Shown: positions 20,839 to 32,630 of the stretch, piece by piece | Layout of the letters: each line of letters starts with the position of its first letter | How positions within the stretch are numbered: the first letter of the stretch is position 1 | Assembly (NCBI GenBank): GCA_051599415.1 | Contig: AP039706.1 | Span: 248,001 to 284,769 of the forward strand | Source of the DNA: Savitreella phatthalungensis | Lineage: Eukaryota | Direction of reading: 5' to 3' | DNA length: 36,769 bases | The notes under the pieces: model-generated | The model's database searches: none | What the model was told of the DNA's origin: nothing | The model's input: the letters and a program-made list of their open reading frames with translations, nothing else | Made by a program: the position numbers and the translations under genes

Positions 20839-22429
20839 GTTGGACTCTCTGCGAATGTGTCGAATCGCATGACCATCGGTCGTACTGAGTACAGACGTTA
20901 GTACGGATCGCCCTTCTAGCACTGGAGCTTCCTCTCCTAGGGTCAACTTACTCTTCAATGTTGTCATCGTCAAACACATTATCGTCAACAGCGTGGCTCA
21001 TGATGCTCGAGATGAGCGTCGCACTGACGTGATGCTGGTCTCATCTGTGCCAAAGTCAAACTGTTTTTTCAGATGGTCGGCCTCTGTCCACTGGCGCGAC
21101 ATCGTCAGTGCTAGAGTCCGGCCTGGGAGCTTGGCTGGTACCATTGCGGAGTCGATAGCAGTTTGGGAGCGTTGACCTCCCACAGATACAGCCTGACCAT
21201 GGATCATGATCGACCGCGTCGGCCATTGGAACGACTCGATTTTGAGGTGGAGATCGATTGATTGGTCCGTACAAAAAATGCACATCTGGAGATAAGGACC
21301 ATATTTAAAGAGAGTCAATTTCGTCATGCTCTACCTTGCAGACGATTTCTTGCCGGCATGTTGAGATGGGTCAATCTCCTGACGAGATCATTGTGATGTT
21401 GCCGTATAGACCATAATTCGAGTGTCCTTCAAGCTTCAGCGGTAGTCTCTCTCAGTCAGAATAGTCCAGTCATATTGTGGACTCCGCCTGTCGGGTGATA
21501 CGCCCCTTCCGATCTTTGAGAAAAGTCCATCTATTGAGAAACGCTTCAAGGAAGAATAGTTTATCCCACCAGAATCGACAGGCCAACTTTCCACCAAGGA
21601 CAGATCGATGTCATCCCTGTGCGCTCTAGTTAGTCTTTAGAGGCACGTCGTGATAAGCACTGCATCGCTCAGCTTTTTAGGAGTACACAGTCGAGTTTAT
21701 CTCACCGAAGTGGGCTTTGAGACTACCAGCACTCAGTAAGACACGCAGATAACGAGAAAACTTCGCCTGTCTTCTCCGGATTCTGTGGCTTATGTCTTCA
21801 GCCTCGAGCCAAGTATTGGAATGGCAGCACGTGCTTACCCGCACCCATCATTCTCACATGTTATCCTTGCCAATCTTGCGAAGGTGCTCCTTCTTATCTG
21901 CCAGAAGCCTTGGCCTGACTGAGCACGAACGTCTATATCCTGTTTGCGACCGAAGCGCGATGGAACTGGAAAAGCTTCCAGCACGTTGTCAAGCACCAGG
22001 CACGAAGCACTCATTTGTAGCTGATCTCGGCCCCGGCGACTCCGAGAAAAGATCGGCTACACACGGGTGAGGCTGTGATCACAGGAACGGGATCAAGACG
22101 GAGTGTCTCAGAAGTGAGGGCATTATGAAAGTGATTCAGGGCATTGGTGCATGTCACTGTCCGTCGATCTCATTTTCTGATGCATCTTGATGCAATCGTT
22201 TTTCAACCCAGAAACTGGAAATGTAATTAGGCAGAGCTCGGCCCCGTGCCAGCCGCCAATAGCTTAGGCTCGAGCGCCGACAGGCTAATGCCTTTCTGGC
22301 ACGTGCTTGAGCCAAACTTTTCTCTCTGACCTCGACGTCTCCACTAGCTCCGGACAAACCCTCGAGCACCTTTTAGGGCAGAGGACGTCTTGAACTCCTT
22401 ACGCAGGTCCTGTCAATTCTCACCTCACG

Positions 22430-24202
22430 ATGACTGCTAAAATCGCTCTCTTGTCAGTATACGATAAGACTGGCCTGCTCGACCTCGCTAAGGGTCTTGT
22501 CGGCAATGGCGTCAAACTGCTTGGTTCCGGCGGTACGGCAAAGATGATCCGCGAGGCAGGCTTCCCAATTGAGGATGTCTCGAGCATTACGAACGCTCCG
22601 GAGATGCTTGGCGGTAGAGTCAAGACTCTTCACCCGGCTGTACATGGAGGCATTCTTGCACAGGACATCGAGCGCGACAACAAGGATTTGCTCGACAACC
22701 ATATCAGCAAAATCGATGTCGTGGTCTGCAACTTGTATCCGTTCCAGCAGACGATTGCAAAGCCTGCTGTCACAATTGCTGAGGCCGTCGAGGAGGTCGA
22801 CATTGGCGGCGTGACGCTGCTCAGAGCGGCCGCAAAAAATCATGCGCGTGTCAGCATTCTCAGTGATCCAGCAGATTACCACGGCTTTCTCGAATCGCTT
22901 GAGTCAGGGGATGTCTCCCAGGAGTACCGCAATCGTCTGGCACTGAAGGCATTCGATCAGACCGCCACCTACGATGAGGCGATCTCCGACTACTTCCGCA
23001 AGCAGTACGCAGGTGCAGGTAAGCAACAGCTTTCGCTCCGTTATGGAGCAAATCCGCACCAAATTCCTGCACAAGCATTTGTCCGCGACGGCGACTTGCC
23101 GTTCAAGGTGCTCAGCGGGTCTCCAGGCTACATCAACTTGCTTGATGCGCTCAACTCGTGGCCACTCGTCAAGGAACTGCATGAGTCCTTGGATTTACCC
23201 GCTGCCGCATCTTTCAAACATGTCTCGCCAGCCGGTGCTGCCGTCGGTGTGCAGCTGACTGATGACGAGAAGATCGTGTATGGTGTGAGCGATCTCAAGG
23301 AGATGTCGCTCCTTGCTTGCGCATATGCGCGCGCTCGCGGGGCCGATCGCATGTCCAGTTTCGGCGACTTCATCGCTCTATCAGATGAATGTGACGCTCA
23401 AACCGCCAAGATAATCAACCGCGAAGTGTCCGACGGTATCATCGCACCAGGCTACTCGCCAGAGGCTCTCGAGATACTGAAGAAGAAGAAGGGCGGCAAG
23501 TACTGCGTCCTCCAAATGGACCCTAACTATGTGCCCGGCTCGATCGAAACTCGTCAGGTTTACGGCGTTTCGCTGCAGCAGAAGCGTAATGACGCCAAGA
23601 TCTCCCCGTCGACGACGTTTGCAAAGATTGTGAGCAGCAATAAGGACCTGACAGAAGAAGGTCGGCGGGACATGGCTGTTGCCACAATTGCAGTCAAATA
23701 CACTCAATCGAATTCAGTGTGCTATGCACGCGATGGTATGGTTGTTGGTCTGGGTGCCGGACAACAGTCGCGTATCCACTGTACCAGACTCGCTGGCGAG
23801 AAGGCAGACAACTGGTGGTTGCGCCACCATCCGCGCGTGCTCTCTCTCCAGTTTGCCAAGACGGCCAAGCGTGCTGACAAGGCAAATGCAATCGATCTCT
23901 TCGTCACGGCGAAGGTTCCCGCTTCTGGCCCAGAGCGCACGGAATGGGAGGCAAAGTTCGAGACCGTGCCCGAATTTTTGTCAGACACAGAACGGGCAGA
24001 ATTCCTCTCGACTCTTGACCGTGTGGCCGTTTCTTCTGACGCCTTCTTCCCATTCCCAGACAATGTCTATCGCCTCGGTCAGTCTGGCGTGAAGTTTGTT
24101 TCCGCACCGTTGGGGTCAGTCATGGATCAAGCCGTCATCGAGGCTGCGGACTCGCTCAATATTGTGTATTGCGACACAGGCCTCCGCTTGTTCCACCACT
24201 GA
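22430..24202 (+). CDS. ADE17: Bifunctional AICAR transformylase/IMP cyclohydrolase
   Basis: [73 protein letters not shown]-terminal RLFHH. Confidence 0.97.
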   Translation: MTAKIALLSVYDKTGLLDLAKGLVGNGVKLLGSGGTAKMIREAGFPIEDVSSITNAPEMLGGRVKTLHPAVHGGILAQDIERDNKDLLDNHISKIDVVVCNLYPFQQTIAKPAVTIAEAVEEVDIGGVTLLRAAAKNHARVSILSDPADYHGFLESLESGDVSQEYRNRLALKAFDQTATYDEAISDYFRKQYAGAGKQQLSLRYGANPHQIPAQAFVRDGDLPFKVLSGSPGYINLLDALNSWPLVKELHESLDLPAAASFKHVSPAGAAVGVQLTDDEKIVYGVSDLKEMSLLACAYARARGADRMSSFGDFIALSDECDAQTAKIINREVSDGIIAPGYSPEALEILKKKKGGKYCVLQMDPNYVPGSIETRQVYGVSLQQKRNDAKISPSTTFAKIVSSNKDLTEEGRRDMAVATIAVKYTQSNSVCYARDGMVVGLGAGQQSRIHCTRLAGEKADNWWLRHHPRVLSLQFAKTAKRADKANAIDLFVTAKVPASGPERTEWEAKFETVPEFLSDTERAEFLSTLDRVAVSSDAFFPFPDNVYRLGQSGVKFVSAPLGSVMDQAVIEAADSLNIVYCDTGLRLFHH

Positions 24203-24450
24203 GGTGGAATTCCTGAATCGTAGACTCTTATTTAGTCCCGGGCGTTGAAGTATAAAATTTGAAATTTTCCGCAGTAATGATCGAGTGCAAGAACGGATAA
24301 CCGACAGAGCGACGGCGTGCATTCAACATCATGCATGCGTTGTGCCCAAATCTAGATTAGGTATGATCCACCAATTTGTTCGTGTGCATTCCATTTACGC
24401 ATCGCGATAATACAGAAGACGCGCGTCACCTGGCTCCCCAAGTACATACC

Positions 24451-25233
24451 ATGACGTCCATCGGTACGGGCTATGATCTGAGCAACTCGACTTTCTCACC
24501 AGACGGACGTGTTTTCCAGGTTGAATATGCTGGAAAAGCGGTAGAAAACGCTGGCACCACGATCGGCTTGCGAACGCCGACTTGTGTGGTCATTGCGCTG
24601 GAGAAGCTCATTACCTCGAAGCTGCTTGTGCCAGGGAAGAATTCGCGGATAGGTACTGTGGATAGGCATGCTGGAGTTGCATCGTCTGGCCTTGTGCCAG
24701 ATGGCAAGCATTTACTTGGCAGGGCAAGAGACGAAGCTGCGAATTGGCGCAAGACATACAAAATTCCGATTGGCGTCCACGCTCTGGCGGACCGGATGGC
24801 CTCGTATGTGCAAGCCTACACACTGTACAGTAGCGTACGTCCCTTTGGAGTTTCTGCGATCGTTGGTGGTGGTTCTCTCGACGATGGCGAGGGCACCAAG
24901 CTATACATGATAGAACCAAGCGGCGCTTATTATGGATATCGCGGCTGCAGCGCGGGAAAAGGTCGACAGCTCGCGAAGAACGAGCTGGAGAAGCTCGATT
25001 TTGACCGTCTCACAGCTAAGGAGGCAATTGCACACGCCGCTCGGATCATCCACACGATTCACGACGAAGCCAAGGACAAGGAGTTTGAGCTGGAACTGGG
25101 ATACATTTGTCTTGACGATGAGATGGGAGAAGACAAGAAAGGTATCTGGCAGACAATGAGCGGCGACGAGCTCGCTAGGATTGATACTGAGGCTCGAGAG
25201 GCTGCCGAGGCTGCAGACGAAATGGAGGAGTAA
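24451..25233 (+). CDS. PRE10: 20S proteasome alpha-7 subunit
   Basis: MTSIGTGYDLSNSTFSPDGRVFQVEYA, QAYTLYSSVRPFG, LYMIEPSG, GKGRQ.AK.ELEKL, HDEAKDKEFELE. Confidence 0.96.
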   Translation: MTSIGTGYDLSNSTFSPDGRVFQVEYAGKAVENAGTTIGLRTPTCVVIALEKLITSKLLVPGKNSRIGTVDRHAGVASSGLVPDGKHLLGRARDEAANWRKTYKIPIGVHALADRMASYVQAYTLYSSVRPFGVSAIVGGGSLDDGEGTKLYMIEPSGAYYGYRGCSAGKGRQLAKNELEKLDFDRLTAKEAIAHAARIIHTIHDEAKDKEFELELGYICLDDEMGEDKKGIWQTMSGDELARIDTEAREAAEAADEMEE

Positions 25234-25612
25234 TGGCATAACACAACGTAACTCCAGTCTTAGCTTTTTTGTAATGACGATAATGGCTCGCAGAAATGCT
25301 GCTTCAGAGGCTAGCGTGCATTCCTGCGTTCATGAGACCACGAGAGTTAACATCGGATGGCAGCAGGTCGTCGAGCTTCAAATACCTATGGATATTTCTC
25401 TGCCGTGTGCGTCACTCCCAGCTGGTCGCAGCAACGGCGCTTCGAAAGCTCGGGCTGCATCGGAATTCTACCTGCGAGGTTCTCCGACTAATCAATTTGA
25501 TCAATTGTGGCTTACAAGCCCAACTTCTTGAACCAGCAAATCCGACAAGGTAAGCCGCTCATTGGACAGCCAAAATTTCTATCCTATTCTGGGTACTCGT
25601 CTGTAAGCAATT

Positions 25613-25662
25613 GCAGCAGCAGCGACGACGACAGCGACGACAACGACGACACCATCTATATA
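25613..25662 (+). promoter_or_regulatory. (CAG/GAC)n microsatellite followed by a putative TATA element of the enolase promoter
   Basis: gcagcagcagcgacgacgacagcgacgacaacgacgac, then TATATA at 25657-25662, about 50 nt before an A-rich start context (tcaaaATG). Confidence 0.45.
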
Positions 25663-25711
25663 GACACAACGCACCGGTCTTCCATTCCTTCCTTCCAAAA
25701 ACATACTCAAA

Positions 25712-27028
25712 ATGGCCATCAAGAGCATTCACGCACGGTCCATCTACGATTCTCGTGGAAATCCCACTGTCGAGGTCGATCTTGTCACTGAGACAGGCCT
25801 TCACCGTGCGGCTGTCCCGTCCGGTGCATCTACAGGCGTGCACGAGGCTCTCGAGCTCCGTGATAAGGACAAGTCCAAGTGGGGAGGCAAGGGTGTTCTC
25901 ACAGCTGTCAAGAACGTGAACGAAGTCATCGCTCCGGCCTTGATTAAGGCAAACATCGACATCAAGGACCAATCTGCCGTCGACAGCTTTCTGAATGAGC
26001 TTGACGGCACGAAGAACAAGTCCAAGCTCGGTGCAAATGCTATTCTCGGTGTCTCTATGGCCGTGACTCGTGCCGCTGCTGCAGAGAAGGGTGTGCCCGT
26101 CTACCAGCACATCGCCGACATTGCCGGCACAAAGAGCTCGTCAGGCAAATTCACAACACCTGTTCCGGCATTCAACGTCATTAACGGTGGCTCTCACGCC
26201 GGTGGAGCTCTCGCCTTCCAGGAGTTCATGATCTTGCCCACTGGAGCGCCGACGTTCTCTGAGGCGATGCGTCAGGGTGCCGAGGTCTACGCCATTCTCA
26301 AGACACTGACCAAGAAGCGCTACGGACAATCCGCCGGCAACGTTGGTGACGAGGGCGGTGTCGCCCCTGACATCGGTACGCCGGAGGAGGCTCTTGATCT
26401 CATCATGGACGCCGTCGCCCAGGCTGGCTACAAGGACTCGATCAAAATCGCCATGGACGTTGCCTCGTCCGAGTTCTACAAGGACGGCAAGTACGACCTC
26501 GACTTCAAGAACCCGGAGTCCGACAAGTCGAAGTGGCTCACCTCGCAGCAGCTCGCTGACCGCTACCTCGACCTCTGCTCGAAGTACCCGATCGTCTCTA
26601 TCGAGGACCCCTTTGACCAGGACGACTGGGAGGGTTGGGTGCACCTCCAGTCCAAGACCAAGGTTCAGATTGTCGGAGATGACCTTACAGTCACCAACCC
26701 GGCACGCATTCAGACTGCTATCGAGAAGAAGGCTTGTTCAGCCCTCCTGCTGAAGATCAACCAGATCGGCAGCATTACAGAGGCTATCAAGGCTGCAAAC
26801 GACTCAGTCGGTGCAGGATGGGGCGTGATGTGCTCTCACCGCTCCGGTGAGACTGAAGACACCTTCATTGCCGATCTTGTGGTTGGTCTTGGCTCTGGTC
26901 AGATCAAGACCGGTGCCCCGTGCCGATCGGAACGTCTCGCCAAGTACAATGAGCTTCTACGTATCGAGGAGCAGCTCGGCGACAAGGCAGAGTACGCAGG
27001 TGCCAAGCCATACGCAGCAGTTGCATAG
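25712..27028 (+). CDS. ENO1: Enolase
   Basis: [78 protein letters not shown]; strong codon bias. Confidence 0.98.
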   Translation: MAIKSIHARSIYDSRGNPTVEVDLVTETGLHRAAVPSGASTGVHEALELRDKDKSKWGGKGVLTAVKNVNEVIAPALIKANIDIKDQSAVDSFLNELDGTKNKSKLGANAILGVSMAVTRAAAAEKGVPVYQHIADIAGTKSSSGKFTTPVPAFNVINGGSHAGGALAFQEFMILPTGAPTFSEAMRQGAEVYAILKTLTKKRYGQSAGNVGDEGGVAPDIGTPEEALDLIMDAVAQAGYKDSIKIAMDVASSEFYKDGKYDLDFKNPESDKSKWLTSQQLADRYLDLCSKYPIVSIEDPFDQDDWEGWVHLQSKTKVQIVGDDLTVTNPARIQTAIEKKACSALLLKINQIGSITEAIKAANDSVGAGWGVMCSHRSGETEDTFIADLVVGLGSGQIKTGAPCRSERLAKYNELLRIEEQLGDKAEYAGAKPYAAVA

Positions 27029-27205
27029 ACTTTTGCTCTCGACTTAGCCATTCTCAGAATTCAAGTCCTCGAGACATCCGATCCAGAGTCCTCCCTGGTA
27101 ATTTTCTAAAAGAAATATGATCATCTAAGCCTGTCATTGCATGTTCGATACACATTTGTGAGGAGTTAACAGCCGTTCCCCACATCTGACCGTTTGAGCT
27201 CAGAA

Positions 27206-27994
27206 ATGTCTGTGGCTGTCATTGCCGGCGTCGGGCCTGGAGTGAGTCTTCTTCTCAGTGCTCGTGAATGTTCCTGACTGACGCTGCAGACCGGATATGC
27301 GGTGGCCAAGGCTTTCTCTCAGCTTTTCCCTGTCGCTCTGCTAGCCCGTTCGCAAGAAACGCTTGATAAGCTAGCCAATGAGATCAACGCGGAAGGCGGA
27401 ACGGCCAAAGCATACGCAACCGATATGTCGGACGCTGCCTCCGTGGCACGCTCGTTCAAGGCCTTGCTGAGCGACTTTGACAATGCTGCAGTGCGTGTAG
27501 CTGTTTATAACGTCGGCGGCCACTTCAAGCGCGCGCCGCTGCTCGAGCAGACGACAGAAGACGTCGATCGCGCCTTGTCCCTGGAAGGTCGCGGTGCTTT
27601 CATCTTTGCGCAACACAGCGTCAAATCAATGCTTTCCGTCCCTTTAAGTGCCGGCGCTGAGACGAAGAAGGGAACGCTGATCTTCACGGGGGCTACGGCG
27701 TCATTGAAGGGGTCCGCTCAATTTAGCTCGTTCGCCATGGGCAAATTTGCGCTCAGAGCACTCGCACAGTCACTTGCGAGAGAACTCGGACCACAGGGAA
27801 TTCATGTTGCTCACGCGATTGTTGACGGAATTATTGACACTGAACGGACACGCGCGTGGTCTAATGACTCGAGCATTCCGCATAATCGACTGTCGCCCGG
27901 AGCAATCGCGCAGCAATACGTGAACCTCCACAATCAGCACCCATCGTGTTGGACGCATGAGCTGGATCTCCGCCCATGGAGCGAGAAGTTTTAA
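27206..27994 (+). CDS. Short-chain dehydrogenase/reductase (atypical active site, FxxxK); exons 27206-27241 and 27290-27994
   Basis: A 48-nt intron at 27242-27289 (GTGAGT...CTGAC...CAG) restores the Rossmann motif VIAGVGPG/TG.AVA..F. Also TGATAS.KG, KFALRALAQSLARE and WTHELDLRP..EKF. Confidence 0.9.
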
Positions 27995-28028
27995 GAAATG
28001 ATGAGCTATCATGTAGGACAACGTGAGA

Positions 28029-29000
28029 TCAATTCAAGAGGTCGAGAAGAAGCAAGACTATCGAGGCCGTGACGAGCAGAATCACAACCCATCGGGCGAA
28101 CCTATTGCCAGATCTGCGGGCTTTTTCAAGCTGCTCGTTGCCGCCGCTTACCAGATCGGTGGTCTGGTGTGCATCCGAGAGCAGTCGATCCGTCAGTTCG
28201 GCTTGCTCCGATAGATGCTGCTGCAATTGGCTGCTCATCTCGCCCACCTCGGCCAGCCGTTGCTGTGTCAGCCGAATTTGGTTCAACTGTGAATCCAGGT
28301 CTGCCATCATGGATGATTGCTCCTGCTCAAGCGCTTGCAGCTGCTGTGGAGACAACAGCGTCTCACGCACGGCTGCGTCGTCGATGATTGCAGAGTTGAT
28401 ATCTTCGTCGAAGGCAACGTCCGATGAAGTGGTCCCTGGCAGAGCCTCGCGAGTCTCATGATGCGTCGTTCGACGCCGCTCGGCCTCGCGAGTGATTCGT
28501 AATTGACGTGCCTCTGCGTGCCGTGTCGCGATTGCCAGTAGTCTGCGATTCAGCAGCCATGTCACCCCGGTGCGATGAGTGGAGAGCAGTGCCGACGCCT
28601 GTTCTGCTTTGGAATCTCTCAGCAGCTTTCTGTAGAGCGGAGCGTTGTCGATGGCTCGTCGACGAACGAGTTCAATTGTTTCAAGCTCTGCGACTCTTCT
28701 GCGTGCTTCCTCAAGCGAGCTTTTCAATTGTGCATCGATCTCATCCCGCTGTGTGTCGGTCAGCCTGAGATTGTCCTGCAACGCCTTCCGATCCTTCCTG
28801 TGCGCTGTCTGCTGCCCGACCGAAATATAGACACGCCTGATACGCTCGAAGTAGTTTGAGATATCTGTGAGCGAATCATTCAGCCTGTAAGCTTCTTGCA
28901 GATACTTGTCACTCGGAGGTGAACGGTCAAGCCGCTGTCTCTTAAAGCTCTGGCGCGTCGATGCAGCGAGACACGCGTCGAACTCGGCTGTGCGATCCAT
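28029..29000 (-). CDS. UFE1: ER t-SNARE syntaxin Ufe1/syntaxin-18
   Basis: MDRTAEF N-peptide, D.YL.EAY, LTD.QRDEID, HR.GV.W.L, a Q-SNARE helix (LSEQAELTD...GNEQL.KA) and a C-terminal transmembrane segment. ATG is at 29000. Confidence 0.88.
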   Translation of the reverse strand: MDRTAEFDACLAASTRQSFKRQRLDRSPPSDKYLQEAYRLNDSLTDISNYFERIRRVYISVGQQTAHRKDRKALQDNLRLTDTQRDEIDAQLKSSLEEARRRVAELETIELVRRRAIDNAPLYRKLLRDSKAEQASALLSTHRTGVTWLLNRRLLAIATRHAEARQLRITREAERRRTTHHETREALPGTTSSDVAFDEDINSAIIDDAAVRETLLSPQQLQALEQEQSSMMADLDSQLNQIRLTQQRLAEVGEMSSQLQQHLSEQAELTDRLLSDAHQTTDLVSGGNEQLEKARRSGNRFARWVVILLVTASIVLLLLDLLN

Positions 29001-29474
29001 AATCCTTGAAACTTCTCGTTGAAGAGTGTGTGATTGCGGGTGCGGTCCTCTAGCACATTGTCGGTGTACTGCGGTATCGCACTGACAAGGCTGCAATCAG
29101 TGACAATGTGCTATGCCGTTTCCTGCTGCCCAGGACTCAAGCAGGGTGCGCTACAAGCATGCCTAAATGTTGAGGTCATGCCTCAGCCTTGTCCTCGTGC
29201 ATTCATTGATGGGCAGCGTTTTCCTCCTGCCTGGCAAGTTCGGCCAGAATGCTTCTGACCTCGTGCTTTGGATCCGCTCGTATGGAATTCCGCTATTTCG
29301 ACAGCTTAATTAAGCAAAATGATCGACATCACTCTGAAATTGATTCCCGGGAAATTGCAGCGGTCATCGAGCAGCTCCGAAAATGACATCCCATGGACGT
29401 TCGTAAATATACGAGCCGGCATAGATAAAGTCAATACGCTTCACAATCTTCTCAAGAAGACAGAAGACGATGCT

Positions 29475-30488
29475 ATGCCGATGTTTGATCAGCTATTAGG
29501 TCTGCTCAGAGGTGAGCAAGTCACTAGATCTTCCCTCGCAAACTTGCTCGTGACGCAGACCGTCGTATTCCTCCTTCAAGCTATCCTCAACAAGTCTGCA
29601 TTAGTGGATTTACCGGCACCGCTGCTGCTTCTGCTGATAGAAAGCTTCATCACATCAGCTTCCGTCTACGGTGGATACTGGTTCGGATGGTATGATCTTC
29701 GCGCAGCCAAGAATCCTACGCATACGCTTCGAGCTCTTCGGTGGTTGATCGCCGCCAAGGTGGTCTCCGCAGTGACGCGCACCTACTGTGTGGAAGCTGT
29801 GGATGGAGCCGTGTTCAATCTCGTCAGGGGGCTCGTTCTACCCTTTGCCGTGATTCTTTCTGCATTCTTCCTCGATCGCAAGCCGAGCACGGCTTCACTT
29901 GTACCGGTCATTGTCATCTGCATGGGTTTCTACGTCGGCACCTTTTCCGAGCACTCTGACCTGACTGACGTCGGCGGCTCCTATGGAGTCACCATCGGTG
30001 CACTCTCATCCTTCTTCGCAGCTCTCGATCTCACGGTGACCAAGACGTCGCTCGACACGCATTCAATTTACGATATCCTTTTCGTAACGAACGCGGGAAC
30101 AGTCATCGTCACGCTGCCGATGATCTTGCTCGGCAGTGAATACGGAGATCATCTGACCTCGGACCATCCGGTAGATAGCGTTCGCCTGTTCATCTTGAAA
30201 GCGATCGTCTGCGGTTTGCTCACTTTCATAGCTGCGGTGCTTGCGTTGTTGCAGCTCAACCTCACCTCGCCAATCACACACCAAATCACGACCTCCGCAA
30301 GAGGCATTCTGCAGAGTCTTTTCTCTGTCATTCTCCTTGGCGAATTGATGGAATGGCCACAGATTCTCTCAATCGCAATAATCCTGATCGGCACGCTCGC
30401 CTACACAATCATCAAAGAGCTTGAGCAACGTGCCGGAGAGTCGCGAGAGACAGCTGACGGCCTGTTGGAGAAGGGCTCAGGCAGCTGA
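29475..30488 (+). CDS. Nucleotide-sugar/triose-phosphate transporter family protein (GDP-fucose transporter-like)
   Basis: About 10 transmembrane segments, LNK..L, V.GAVFNLVRGLVLPF.V and TSPITHQITTSARGILQS. The start is uncertain: the ORF is open from ATG 29319, but family similarity begins after 29475. Confidence 0.8.
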   Translation: MPMFDQLLGLLRGEQVTRSSLANLLVTQTVVFLLQAILNKSALVDLPAPLLLLLIESFITSASVYGGYWFGWYDLRAAKNPTHTLRALRWLIAAKVVSAVTRTYCVEAVDGAVFNLVRGLVLPFAVILSAFFLDRKPSTASLVPVIVICMGFYVGTFSEHSDLTDVGGSYGVTIGALSSFFAALDLTVTKTSLDTHSIYDILFVTNAGTVIVTLPMILLGSEYGDHLTSDHPVDSVRLFILKAIVCGLLTFIAAVLALLQLNLTSPITHQITTSARGILQSLFSVILLGELMEWPQILSIAIILIGTLAYTIIKELEQRAGESRETADGLLEKGSGS

Positions 30489-30560
30489 TTTGGTGATCAC
30501 GAGATAGCTCCCTGTCTCACTTAGAAGCAGCCCGCGAATATCTGTGCAATCGTCGGTCCC

Positions 30561-31532
30561 ATGCCGATTTCAGCGCGAATAGCCAGCACCACAACACAAT
30601 CAACTGTCATGGTTGACAAGACCGCCCGTGCTTGCGAGCTTCTCATTGCTCTCGCAAAGCTCTCTGGGAAAGATGGCAAAGTAGGTTCGCCGTCATGGAA
30701 ATCGTGTCAAATGCGTGGACTTTTGCCGGAAGGTATGTCCACGGATCAAGCTGCTAAGCGATTCTATCAGATGCGTCAGACGCTCCCAATCGACAAGCCA
30801 GTGGGAGGCAAGATCCGCGGCTGGCACACGATCAAGCCAGAGGAGCTCCAGCTCCTCGTCTGTCTCGCAAATGTTATGCAGGCCAATGGTCTCTTCAAGC
30901 CGGACTGGAAGGGCGCTGCAGAGAAAGGATATTTGCCGAATGGAATGACGAGCGATAAGGCTGCCAAGGTCTGGTGGAGTGTAAAGGCAGTAGTGGGTCT
31001 GAACAGTGCGTCTAGCTCGGCGTCACGCGGCACCCCTATGACGCCGCAAAAGTCTCGCACGGCTCTGCGAAAGGGATATTCACCGACTACAACAGCCGCC
31101 ATGTCCGATGACGATGACGATGACGATGACAGTTTCGAGATTCTGGCTAAAGGCGAAGACCATGACGATTATCCTGTGCCTGCATCCTTTAGACAGGCAT
31201 CTCCATCGGCGCCTCACGACGCCTCTGTTCTTGCAGCGTGTCTATCGGATCCATCACCAAAACGGATCAAGCTTTCGCCGCGCCGCAACTCACCCCGCAA
31301 GGCCAAGTCGGATGCAAGCATTCGTCTGCTAGAGTGCTGTCTAAAGGAGACGACAGATGATGAAGGCTCCGAAGTGGGCGCAAACGACATTGCGGGACAG
31401 CTGAATAGCTTCGAAACTGCAATCAAAGTCGAGATTCCGGTCCTTGTACCTCCTAAACCACGATCGTCAGAAGGACTGCATGCGCCGCTTCCGCCGCTCG
31501 GGGCTACAGTTGTTCGTTCTAGCACTCCCTAA
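30561..31532 (+). CDS. Orphan protein with two tandem divergent Myb/SANT-like repeats and a disordered, CDK-site-rich C-terminus
   Basis: Internal repeat LL..LA...P.WK.....G.LP.GM[ST].D.AAK.[FW] at residues ~26-75 and ~95-145. TPQK, SPKR, SPRR and SPRK sites, and a basic NLS-like PKRIKL. Alternative start at ATG 30609. Confidence 0.75.
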   Translation: MPISARIASTTTQSTVMVDKTARACELLIALAKLSGKDGKVGSPSWKSCQMRGLLPEGMSTDQAAKRFYQMRQTLPIDKPVGGKIRGWHTIKPEELQLLVCLANVMQANGLFKPDWKGAAEKGYLPNGMTSDKAAKVWWSVKAVVGLNSASSSASRGTPMTPQKSRTALRKGYSPTTTAAMSDDDDDDDDSFEILAKGEDHDDYPVPASFRQASPSAPHDASVLAACLSDPSPKRIKLSPRRNSPRKAKSDASIRLLECCLKETTDDEGSEVGANDIAGQLNSFETAIKVEIPVLVPPKPRSSEGLHAPLPPLGATVVRSSTP

Positions 31533-31653
31533 ACACAATTTCTATTTCGTCTTCTACGTCATCTCTTTCGTGCGTAGGACGTTTCATCAGCTACACGGTG
31601 TCGTGCCGAGTGATACATGTGATACGTGGCGCGAGTGAAAGCTGAAGTTCCAC

Positions 31654-32066
31654 ATGACATCAGACCCGGCGCAGGCGGACTCGCGACCGCGTGCTATTCG
31701 CGTAGCTGACTTCACGGATGACGAGATAGCTCTCGCCTTGGGCTTTCTACGAGCCATGCTCGCCGAGCTGTATCCGGGCACACCCAGTATGACGTGGCTC
31801 GAGCAACTTGGCCTACTTCCCGAGGGCATCTCTTCAGCAAGATGCAATTCCATGTAGGGCAGAATGACAAATCGAAGGTCTTGCTGACAATAGACAGTTG
31901 GCATTACTTGTGCGCCAAGCTCGAGCGATATGGGACAGACCCACGCGTGCTGCTTGCGCCAGAAAAGCCGAGTGCGCCTGGCGATCGGCTAAACAGCACA
32001 ACGGCGGCTATCGATTCAGAGGAATACGTCGCGGCTGGAGAAGCACTCCTCGCTAGTCTAGAGTAA
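31654..32066 (+). CDS. Spliced 122-aa paralogue carrying one copy of the same Myb/SANT-like repeat; exons 31654-31853 and 31898-32066
   Basis: A 44-nt intron at 31854-31897 (GTAGGG...GCTGAC...CAG) removes a stop and joins two ORFs to give FTDDEIALALGFL...PSMTWLEQLGLLPEGISSARCNSIWHYLCAKL. Confidence 0.72.
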
Positions 32067-32087
32067 GTCGTAACGAGGATCGTAAAT

Positions 32088-32630
32088 TCATGGCTCATAG
32101 GCTGGTAGCGCATTCGCCTCCTCTTTTTGTCGCGCAAGCTCGGAAAACTGTCGTGCAGCATTTGCGACAGCTCGCACGAAAGTTTCGCTGCCTCCATTCA
32201 CACATGTAAAACGCGCGACCACGAGTGGTGAGTCTGTGATCCAACCGCCGCCCGCGACGCCGACGAACTCGACGACGTATGCATTTGCGCCAAAGAGTGG
32301 CTGCTCCAACGACGTCTTACGAATGCGCGCGAGCGGGATAGACAACGAGTCGAGATGTGTGTGCGATTGAGGCGCTGGAGACTGTGCGCCTGTCAGAAGC
32401 GCTGGTAGGTAGGATTGGATCCAGCTTTTTGCATCCGTTGCATTAGAGCTGGATACCTTCGACGTCCGGCAGAATGCGATGCGCTTGGTCGTGACCCAAG
32501 CAATACCTTGTGGCGCCGAGCCGATCCCCGGAACATCCGCATGCACCTGCTCCAGGCGCGTCAAGACCTCTTCATCCTCCAGCGGTACCAGTTGCTCGTC
32601 GTCCGTGACTGTAAGCCAATTCAACGACAT
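32088..32630 (-). CDS. WBP2-like GRAM/PH-fold protein (UPF0664-like)
   Basis: MSLNW...PL.DEE.L, G.AWVTTKRI.F, SLSIPL..I....LEQPLFGANA, F.NGG...F and C-terminal PY motif LPAY. Confidence 0.8.
   Translation of the reverse strand: MSLNWLTVTDDEQLVPLEDEEVLTRLEQVHADVPGIGSAPQGIAWVTTKRIAFCRTSKVSSSNATDAKSWIQSYLPALLTGAQSPAPQSHTHLDSLSIPLARIRKTSLEQPLFGANAYVVEFVGVAGGGWITDSPLVVARFTCVNGGSETFVRAVANAARQFSELARQKEEANALPAYEP

Noticed and set aside
20839..20988. N-terminal extensions in the ORF track for PYC (also FEN1 11973, PRE10 24376 and UFE1 29096)
   Set aside because: They start at non-ATG codons, and family homology begins at the downstream ATG.
20998..21327. 109-aa ORF upstream of PYC
   Set aside because: It has no recognisable motif or coding bias and lies in the divergent PYC/ADE17 promoter region.
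25550..25711. Possible 5' UTR intron of enolase (GTAAGC at 25550)
   Set aside because: There is no clear branch point/acceptor pair, and it lies upstream of the putative TATA element.
27026..27110. Cryptic peroxisomal PTS1 by stop-codon readthrough of enolase
   Set aside because: The stop context is TAG ACT rather than TGA CTA, and the extension ends in VIF, which is not a PTS1.
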